The position numbers and the translations under genes are program-made. Of a DNA stretch of 64,000 nucleotides, positions 18,470-28,166 are shown in pieces. How positions within the stretch are numbered: position 1 is the stretch's first letter; the number at the start of each line of letters is the position of its first letter. The stretch comes from Alphaproteobacteria bacterium (GTDB lineage: Bacteria > Pseudomonadota > Alphaproteobacteria > UBA2136 > UBA6156). Where the stretch lies: positions 83,875-147,874 of the forward strand of contig DATAJX010000001.1 in NCBI GenBank assembly GCA_036261915.1, written 5' to 3'. The notes under the pieces are model-generated. The model was not told where the DNA came from. It searched no databases and saw only the letters and a list, made by a program, of their open reading frames with translations.

Positions 18470-19132
18470 TCACTTGGAGCCTTTTTCCAACAGGGCCGCC
18501 TTGGCAATATCTGCCGACGCGGCCTGCTGGTTACCCAAAACCATAAGGCTCATGGCACGGCCTCTATAGGCATTCACATCTTCAGGCGATAATCCGATAG
18601 CGGCTGAATAAGCCGCCACTGCTTCGATATGCTTCTTCTGGCGTTGCAAAACATTACCTTTTTCACGGTGGGCGCGTCCGCAAAGGGGGTCGGTCTGCAA
18701 GGCCAGGGTTATAAACCGCCATGCCACTGCATCAGGGTAATTGCCCAGCTTGGTGTTGATATCCTGATCATTCACGATACCTGCAATACCAGCCATTGCC
18801 TCAGCCGCTTCTTTTTTGTTTTGGTGCACCGCTTCGTTAAAGGTTTTCTCGCTCAGGGCAATATCACCTTTATCTCGCAAAACAAAACTGGTGAAGAGTA
18901 ACCTCTGCCATTGCTGGTCAGGAGGAGTTCTTTTTGTAAGATCCTCGCAGGCGGTTTCCCGTTTGGACCAGTCAATGGGCTTGCCTGGAGGTGGACCTGC
19001 AGAACACAGCATAAATTGACTGAAAAACGGAGTCAGGCTTTTCACCCAGTCCACATCGTAAAAGGCGTAAGTTTTCACTGGATTGTTCAAAGCCAGCAGG
19101 GTTGCCAGCCACGCAATGTTTTTTAAACGCAT
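18470..19132 (-). CDS. Secreted TPR/Sel1-like repeat protein (220 aa)
   Basis: Signal peptide MRLKNIAWLATLLALN; TPR-like helical repeats; visibly lower GC than flanks. Confidence 0.55.
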   Translation of the reverse strand: MRLKNIAWLATLLALNNPVKTYAFYDVDWVKSLTPFFSQFMLCSAGPPPGKPIDWSKRETACEDLTKRTPPDQQWQRLLFTSFVLRDKGDIALSEKTFNEAVHQNKKEAAEAMAGIAGIVNDQDINTKLGNYPDAVAWRFITLALQTDPLCGRAHREKGNVLQRQKKHIEAVAAYSAAIGLSPEDVNAYRGRAMSLMVLGNQQAASADIAKAALLEKGSK

Positions 19133-19367
19133 GGGGTATGCTCCATAAAAGGTAAGGTGAGCGGGGTACTATTTATATAAGTAATTGAAATGAATCGTTT
19201 ACACAAGCTAAAAGGCAAACCTTGAAAAGGAGATTCTGCTGGCTAAAAGTTTGCGTTGCCTTGTCCATCATTTGTATACGTTAACCCTTTGCCACACCTG
19301 CCAAAAAACCAAGCCGCAAAACGCGCAATGGGCTACAGCAAGGGCCGCAACCTGCTATAGTGGCGGC

Positions 19368-20282
19368 ATGAAAACCAACCTTCTTGCCCTGCTGGCCGCC
19401 ACCATCCTGTCCACCAATGCGTTCGCGCAAAACGTGCAGGTCGATGCCGCCAGCCTCCAGCAACGGCTCGACCGCATCGAACAACGCCTGTCGGTCACCG
19501 AAAACCGGGGCAGCAACACCACCAACGGCATCAGCACCATGGCCAGCGGCAACGGCTCGCCCACGGGTACGGCCATGGCCGACCTGCAAGAGCGCATGAG
19601 CCTGCTCGAACGCCAGGGCGACCAGGTCAACGGCGGGGTCGAACGCCTCAGCCACGCGGTCGAACAGCTGGCCAAGCAGCTCGACCTCATGAGCAAGGAT
19701 TACGACCAGCGCCTCACCGCGCTCGAGCAAAAAAGCGCCGCAGCGCCCAAGCCGGCGGCCACGCCTGTAGCCGCCGCGGCCGATAATACCTCCGCCACCA
19801 CACCCGCCGCCGCCCCGGCCACGTCCGATGTGCCCGCCAACCTTTCCGCCACCGAGCATTACAACAAGGCCTACGCCTACCTCACGGCGGCCGACTACGC
19901 CAACGCGCTCAAGTGGCTCAGCGCGTTCACCGAACGCTTCCCCGACGACAAACTGGCCGACAACGCCTGGTACTGGCTGGGCGAGGTGCACCTGGTGCAA
20001 AACAACCCGCAACAGGCGCTGGTCGCGTTCAAAGAGGGCCTGCAAAAATTCCCCAAAGGCGCCAAGGCTCCTGCCAATCTCTACAAAATGGGGCTTGCCC
20101 TCCAGCAGCTCAAGCAGGATTCGTTCGCCAAATCCAGCTGGGAAAAACTGCTGAAGGATTTCCCCAACGCGCCCGAAACCGCCAAGGCCAAGCAAAAGCT
20201 CGAAGAACTTAAAAAGGCCGAAGCCGCCGCAGCCCCCAAGGCCGCCGAAAAACCGGCCGCAAAACCCGCGGCCAAAAAATAA
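19368..20282 (+). CDS. cpoB: Tol-Pal system protein CpoB/YbgF
   Basis: Signal peptide, N-terminal coiled coil, C-terminal TPR (YNKAYAYLTAADYANALKW...WYWLGEV); conserved position upstream of tilS-ftsH; Lys/Ala/Pro-rich C-terminal tail. Confidence 0.8.
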   Translation: MKTNLLALLAATILSTNAFAQNVQVDAASLQQRLDRIEQRLSVTENRGSNTTNGISTMASGNGSPTGTAMADLQERMSLLERQGDQVNGGVERLSHAVEQLAKQLDLMSKDYDQRLTALEQKSAAAPKPAATPVAAAADNTSATTPAAAPATSDVPANLSATEHYNKAYAYLTAADYANALKWLSAFTERFPDDKLADNAWYWLGEVHLVQNNPQQALVAFKEGLQKFPKGAKAPANLYKMGLALQQLKQDSFAKSSWEKLLKDFPNAPETAKAKQKLEELKKAEAAAAPKAAEKPAAKPAAKK

Positions 20283-20318
20283 CTTGCTGCCGTTAGTTAA
20301 GGTAACTACAAAAGGCCC

Positions 20319-21239
20319 ATGAAGGGCCTTTTTCTCGACTGGTTCACTCCCGGCAGCCGCTGGGGCATCGGGGTGTCCGGCGGAGGCGATTCCATCGCCC
20401 TGCTGCACCTGCTGGTGGCGCAGTTCGGCGCCGCCCCATTCCAGGCGGTGCTGGTCAACCACGGCTGGAACGCCGCCTTCGCCAAAAAGTGCCAACAGGC
20501 CGTGGCGCACGAATGCAAAAAATTCGGCGTACCGCTCACGATCATCAAAACGCCCGGCGGAAAAGCCAAAACCAACGCCGAAGCAGCCGCGCGCAAATCC
20601 CGCTACACCGCCTTCGCGCAAGCCTGCGCCGAACATACCCTTTCCGGCATCGCGCTCGGCCACACGCAAACCGACGTGGCCGAGCAGTTCCTCATGCGCG
20701 CGGGCAAGGGCAGTGGTCTAGCGGGCCTCTCCGGCATCCCGGCACAAAACACCGTCGCAGGCGTGCAGGTCGTTCGCCCGCTGCTTACCATCAGCCGCGC
20801 CGACCTGCGCACCTGGCTCAAGCGTAAAAAGATCCAGTGGGTCGAAGACCCCGGCAACGCCGCCAGCACACGCGGAAAGATCCGCAGCAGGCTCAAAGGC
20901 AACTGGCTGCCCGAACAGTCCATCGCCGCCAGCACATCAAGCCTGGCCCGCGCGAATGCGGCGCTCGAGCAGTGGCTGGCCAAGCTCCTGCAAAACGTCA
21001 CGGTCACCAAAACCGGCTGGTCGTGTGAGCGCCAGTGGCTGCTCCAGTTGCCCGAAGAAATGTCCCTGCGCCTGCTGGGCACCCTGGTGAAGGACGACAC
21101 CGCCGACTTCGCCCCCCGCACCGGCAAGCGCCAAACGCTGCTGGCAAAGATCACGGCATCCGAAAAAGGCACCGCCACCCTCGGCGCGTTCAAACTCAAC
21201 TGGGCCAAAGGCGCCCTCCACGGTACCCGCCTCACATAA
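20319..21239 (+). CDS. tilS: tRNA(Ile)-lysidine synthetase
   Basis: PP-loop SGGGDS motif near N-terminus; conserved tilS-ftsH neighbourhood. Confidence 0.85.
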   Translation: MKGLFLDWFTPGSRWGIGVSGGGDSIALLHLLVAQFGAAPFQAVLVNHGWNAAFAKKCQQAVAHECKKFGVPLTIIKTPGGKAKTNAEAAARKSRYTAFAQACAEHTLSGIALGHTQTDVAEQFLMRAGKGSGLAGLSGIPAQNTVAGVQVVRPLLTISRADLRTWLKRKKIQWVEDPGNAASTRGKIRSRLKGNWLPEQSIAASTSSLARANAALEQWLAKLLQNVTVTKTGWSCERQWLLQLPEEMSLRLLGTLVKDDTADFAPRTGKRQTLLAKITASEKGTATLGAFKLNWAKGALHGTRLT

Positions 21240-21244
21240 CAAAA

Positions 21245-21272
21245 ACCCGCCACCATAAGGCAGCGGGTCTTT
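21245..21272 (+). terminator. Putative terminator after tilS
   Basis: ACCCGC...GCGGGT stem with long loop followed by CTTT; weaker than the others. Confidence 0.35.
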
Positions 21273-21287
21273 GCATCGATACTCAGC

Positions 21288-21587
21288 CTAACCGGCCAAA
21301 AATTCATATTCGGTAGTGGCTCCACCGCCAAAATCAACCTTGGCCCTGCCGGTCGAGTCACATGAAAACGAAGGCTGCGAGCCGATCGAATTGAATAATT
21401 CGATATCACTTCTGGCTAGCCGCTTCACTTCCATTTCCTGCAACCAGGTGCAGGGCTTGAACTTCAGCGGACGGATAGCCTCCGCCATCTTCGCTTCGTC
21501 GCTGCGCAGTTTTTGCAGCTTGTCGTCCTTCATCTCTGAAGAACACACCAGCAGCAAAGCCAGTGCCGAAACCATAATGCCGTTCAT
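21288..21587 (-). CDS. Small putative lipoprotein (99 aa)
   Basis: ATG 21587 with GGAG RBS 7 nt upstream; signal peptide MNGIMVSALALLLVCSS (possible lipobox LLVC); lower local GC. Confidence 0.45.
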   Translation of the reverse strand: MNGIMVSALALLLVCSSEMKDDKLQKLRSDEAKMAEAIRPLKFKPCTWLQEMEVKRLARSDIELFNSIGSQPSFSCDSTGRAKVDFGGGATTEYEFLAG

Positions 21588-21687
21588 GGGGGTATCTCCG
21601 TGCGGAACAAAAAAGCGATAGGCGCAAACAGCGCGCCGGGTGCCTCTCTCATATGGGTTCCGCATGTAAAATTTCAATAATCAAAAG

Positions 21688-21720
21688 CGTAAAAAAGCCC
21701 CCCTGTTTGCACAGGGGGGC
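21688..21720 (-). terminator. Rho-independent terminator downstream of 21766..22305
   Basis: GCCCCCCTGT-ttgc-ACAGGGGGGC 10-bp stem with A-tract on + (T-tract on the minus strand). Confidence 0.7.
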
Positions 21721-21765
21721 TTCGTTACTGCCGGATAGGGAGGGCATTCCCCTCCGGCAATCGGC

Positions 21766-22305
21766 TTACTTGGGGGCAGGGCTGGCGGCAGGCTTGTTAA
21801 AGACCGCCATCGTATCCTCGAACTGCGAACCCTTGTAGGGCTGCACGGGGTTGGCCGTTGTCACGCGGCTGGTCTGCACCGTCAGCGGTCCTGTGTTGGT
21901 CACAGGCGCGGTTGCCGGGGCATTGGCCACCGGGGCCCGCATGGCTTTCGGCTTGGCCGCCACCTTGGGGGCAGCGGCAGGCTTCTTGGCCACGGCCTGC
22001 TTCACCGGCTTGGCGGCGGGCGCCGCAACCGTCTCCACGCCGTCAAACAGCTCATTGCCGTCGGGGCTGAAAAGCACAAAACGCTTTTCAGTCACGCCGC
22101 CGGGCATGGGCCTGTCCACGGTCACCTTGCAGTTGCCGTCCTTGGTCGGCGTGCCCACCGGCCAGCTCACGTCATACTTGTCCATGGCGTCGTACACCTT
22201 TTGGGTGCAGCCGCTTGCCGCATGGGCCTGGGCAAACATGCCAAGGCCTGCAAAAAGGGCGGTTCCAAGGGCAAGGCCCGCAATGCGCGTCATCATTTTC
22301 ATCAC
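21766..22305 (-). CDS. Secreted hypothetical protein with Ala/Lys/Pro-rich segment
   Basis: Signal peptide MMKMMTRIAGLALGTALFAGLGMFAQAHA; Cys-containing N-terminal domain, AKP-rich low-complexity C-terminal half. Confidence 0.55.
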   Translation of the reverse strand: MMKMMTRIAGLALGTALFAGLGMFAQAHAASGCTQKVYDAMDKYDVSWPVGTPTKDGNCKVTVDRPMPGGVTEKRFVLFSPDGNELFDGVETVAAPAAKPVKQAVAKKPAAAPKVAAKPKAMRAPVANAPATAPVTNTGPLTVQTSRVTTANPVQPYKGSQFEDTMAVFNKPAASPAPK

Positions 22306-22409
22306 AAAGTTCCTTCTGGTGTCTCGGGCGGCAAAAGCCGCCCAATAGGGGTGTAAGTCCCTGTTAAATGGGGCAGAATACCGATTTTACAAGTTCTTTA
22401 CGCCGGTTT

Positions 22410-22447
22410 TTGTTGCCGGGGTGGGGTAGGGGCTATAAAGTGCGCCC
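22410..22447 (+). promoter_or_regulatory. Putative sigma70-type promoter for a leaderless ftsH transcript
   Basis: TTGTTG (-35) - 18 nt - TATAAA (-10, 22434..22439) - 8 nt - ATG; no SD between the -10 element and start codon. Confidence 0.4.
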
Positions 22448-24376
<1,929 letters not shown>

Positions 24377-24381
24377 AAAAA

Positions 24382-24406
24382 TCCCCGCCACCGGCGGGGA
24401 TTTTAC
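24382..24406. terminator. Bidirectional terminator between ftsH and convergent zinc-ribbon gene
   Basis: TCCCCGCC-acc-GGCGGGGA hairpin flanked by AAAAAAA and TTTT. Confidence 0.75.
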
Positions 24407-24415
24407 CATTCGATA

Positions 24416-24886
24416 TCAACGTCCCGCGCGGCGGGGCAATCCGCGGAACAGTTCATTCATCGGCATCTTGGGTTGGCGTATCTGCCGCACCCACTGGCGC
24501 CGGGGCTTGCAGGCGGGGCAGCCGCGCCGGTCGTTGGTCTGCACCAGTCCAAACTCTTCCCAGTTTTCATGGGCCGGGTTTCTCAGGCAGCCAAAGGTGT
24601 TCCTGTTGCGGGCACCCCGCCATTCTCCAACCACCCGCACGCCCAGCGGTTCAAGGCGGCTGGCCGGGTGGCCCTTGCCCTCGTTCAGGGCCTGCGCGCA
24701 CTCAGGGCAACCACGGCCCAGCTTGGTCACGTCATAAGGAGTGGCTTTCCATTCGTGGCCGCAAACCTTGCAAAACCAGCGTTCCGGATAACTCAACCGG
24801 GTCAAATCCGGCCCCATGTAGGCCATGTCGCCACGCTGGGCGGCAAATTCACGCAACACGCGTCCCTTGATCAGTGGATGGGCCAT
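24416..24886 (-). CDS. Zinc-ribbon domain protein (two CxxC...CPxC modules)
   Basis: CKVCGHEW...CPEC and FGCL...CPAC paired-Cys motifs; start set at ATG 24886 with GGAGG 5 nt upstream. Confidence 0.5.
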   Translation of the reverse strand: MAHPLIKGRVLREFAAQRGDMAYMGPDLTRLSYPERWFCKVCGHEWKATPYDVTKLGRGCPECAQALNEGKGHPASRLEPLGVRVVGEWRGARNRNTFGCLRNPAHENWEEFGLVQTNDRRGCPACKPRRQWVRQIRQPKMPMNELFRGLPRRAGR

Positions 24887-24993
24887 GTCAGCCTCCATAA
24901 AAAGAAATAACGGTTTCAACGCCCCACTGCCTTAATTGTATACATTTGTCAACAGTTGGTGAAACCGCCCCCCTATGCTAAAACCCGCACCTC

Positions 24994-26361
<1,368 letters not shown>

Positions 26362-26368
26362 GTCGGCC

Positions 26369-27181
26369 ATGCCGCATCCCATGGGCGGGTGCTGGGCAAA
26401 GCTCGAAAGGGCAAAATCCACGGTGGCCGAACTGGAAAAAAGCATCACCGATTACCTGAAGCCCGGCTCGCCCCACTTCACCATCACCTCCGGGCATTTC
26501 AATCAGTTCACCGAATTCGGCTACACCGTAGCGGGCAAACCTTTGCCGCTGTCGTTCGCGGTCATGGCGGGCGAGGTCCTGCACCACCTGCGCTCCGCGC
26601 TCGACTACGCGCTATGGGCGTTGGCCAGTCAAAAGATCGAACCCGGGCGCGACCTTCAATTTCCTTTATGCGACAATCCCTCCGATTTTCAGGAAAAGCT
26701 CCGCCGTAAAAGCTTCAAAGGCATCAGCGAGCAGGGCAGGGCGCTTATCGAACAACTGCAACCCTACAACAGCCAGCCCGATCCCCACCTCTCCACCTTC
26801 AAGGCCCTGTCCGAATATAACAACATCGACAAACACCGCCTGCTCCTGGTCGTCTCCGCCGCGGCGCAAATCGGCAATACCATCAAACTGGGTGATGACG
26901 GCAAGGCCACGGGTCCCACCGTGATTAAGGGTTTCGGCCCGCCCGACGAAGTCATGGTCACCGAAGAAGGTACCCGCGTGTTCACCATTTATTTCGACGG
27001 CCCCCATCCGCACGCCAACGCCCAAATGGAGATAAAGCTGAAGGCCTATTTCGCCCCCGTTCCCCACATCCTGCCCAAGGTCGAATTCATCTCCGGGCTG
27101 CAATTGCTGTGCGCCAACGTCGAAGATGCGCTCAAACGCCTTCAAGCTCTGTTCGATAGGGAATTCCCTCCCATGGGCTAA
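26369..27181 (+). CDS. Hypothetical protein (270 aa), unknown function
   Basis: ATG 8 nt after glmM stop; no recognisable motif; followed by a strong terminator. Confidence 0.5.
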   Translation: MPHPMGGCWAKLERAKSTVAELEKSITDYLKPGSPHFTITSGHFNQFTEFGYTVAGKPLPLSFAVMAGEVLHHLRSALDYALWALASQKIEPGRDLQFPLCDNPSDFQEKLRRKSFKGISEQGRALIEQLQPYNSQPDPHLSTFKALSEYNNIDKHRLLLVVSAAAQIGNTIKLGDDGKATGPTVIKGFGPPDEVMVTEEGTRVFTIYFDGPHPHANAQMEIKLKAYFAPVPHILPKVEFISGLQLLCANVEDALKRLQALFDREFPPMG

Positions 27182-27202
27182 CTGCCCATCCAAAAAACAA
27201 AA

Positions 27203-27230
27203 GGCCCGCCATTCCGGCGGGCCTTTTTTG
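27203..27230 (+). terminator. Rho-independent terminator after 26369..27181
   Basis: GGCCCGCC-attcc-GGCGGGCC hairpin followed by TTTTTT. Confidence 0.75.
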
Positions 27231-27295
27231 TCAGCAACCTTACGCCGCCGGTCAGCTCCATTCCGCAAATGTAAGCTTGCTTACACGTGCAAATA

Positions 27296-27425
27296 TGAAA
27301 AAGCGGCTTTGAGGCCGCCCCGACATTCCCGCATCACCCGCGCATCATTCACGCTCGTTTAAAGGCCAAATCGCATCACAAGTGTACAGCTCAACATCAC
27401 TCGCGCATCACCTGCGCAGCATTAT
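27296..27425. repeat. Dispersed repeat family B copy 1 (cgcatcac-rich element)
   Basis: ~105-bp segment CCGACATTCCCGCATCACCCGCGCATCAT...TGTACAGC...CGCGCATCAC similar to 45442..45556. Confidence 0.5.
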
Positions 27426-27760
27426 TGCCCTTCTTGAGGCGTCTTGGCGATGAACGACATTTCCGTAAGCCGCGTCACCGGGTTGTAGCCATTCAGCTTC
27501 ACGAAAGCATACGGGTGGCGGCGCGCGCAGCTCTCCACGTGCGCCATCAGTTGCCCGGCGGTCAGCGCCTGCGGCTGGCCCTCGGCGCCAAAGCGCGTCG
27601 GCAATATCGGCCACTGCCGCCAGTAAAAATCGGCATGGGTCGGGGTCTCGCTGAATTCGATGCTGGCCACCCAACCGTTGGCAATGAGCGTATGCGCCTG
27701 CGCCTCAATTTGCGCATTGCTCAGTGGTGGCAAAAAAGCAAAAGTTTCAAATCTTTGCAT
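27422..27760 (-). CDS. RuBisCO small-subunit (RbcS/CbbS)-like protein
   Basis: MQRFETFAFLPPLSNAQIEAQAHTLIANGWVASIEFSE....FYWRQW.......VKLNGYNPVTRLTEMSFI aligns along its length with form I RbcS (cf. RFETFSYLPPLSD.QIAAQIEYMI..G..P.IEF......FYW.MWKLP); ATG 27760 7 nt after the NUDIX stop. Confidence 0.8.
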   Translation of the reverse strand: MQRFETFAFLPPLSNAQIEAQAHTLIANGWVASIEFSETPTHADFYWRQWPILPTRFGAEGQPQALTAGQLMAHVESCARRHPYAFVKLNGYNPVTRLTEMSFIAKTPQEGQ

Positions 27761-27767
27761 CACGTCC

Positions 27768-28166
27768 TCAATCTATCCTGTTAATTTGTTTCAGCCAGTC
27801 GAAGATCAACACGGCGGCCCCGCCCACGCGCGGTCGGTCGGCATGGCCAAGCCACGCCATGTCGTCTATCTCGCTCGCGGGTTTCAGCACGCCGGTGTAA
27901 TCGCCGCCGTAGCAGGCAATGCGCACCAGCGTGCCTTCAGGCTTGCCGTGGGCCTGCGCTTCAAAGGTGTCCAGGTACTCCAGGTTCTCCGGCGCCAGTT
28001 GCACGTTCAGTTCTTCACCGATTTCGCGCACCAGCGCCTGCTGGTCGGTTTCACCGGCCTCGCGCTTGCCGCCCGGAATATAGTAAACCTGCTGGCCGCG
28101 GCTGCGCACCATCAGCACGCGGCGGTTCTCCACCCGCAGCCAGCCCAGCTTATCAATGCTCGCCAT
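27768..28166 (-). CDS. NUDIX hydrolase
   Basis: NUDIX box GGKREAGETDQQALVREIGEELNV (Gx5Ex7REUxEE); start ATG overlaps the stop of the upstream RbcL-like gene (TAATG). Confidence 0.8.
   Translation of the reverse strand: MASIDKLGWLRVENRRVLMVRSRGQQVYYIPGGKREAGETDQQALVREIGEELNVQLAPENLEYLDTFEAQAHGKPEGTLVRIACYGGDYTGVLKPASEIDDMAWLGHADRPRVGGAAVLIFDWLKQINRID

Noticed and set aside
22331-22349. GGGCGGC-aaaa-GCCGCCC hairpin upstream of the 21766..22305 gene start
   Set aside because: It has no flanking T/A tract and lies in a 5' region between divergent genes. It could be a regulatory hairpin, but there is no supporting evidence.
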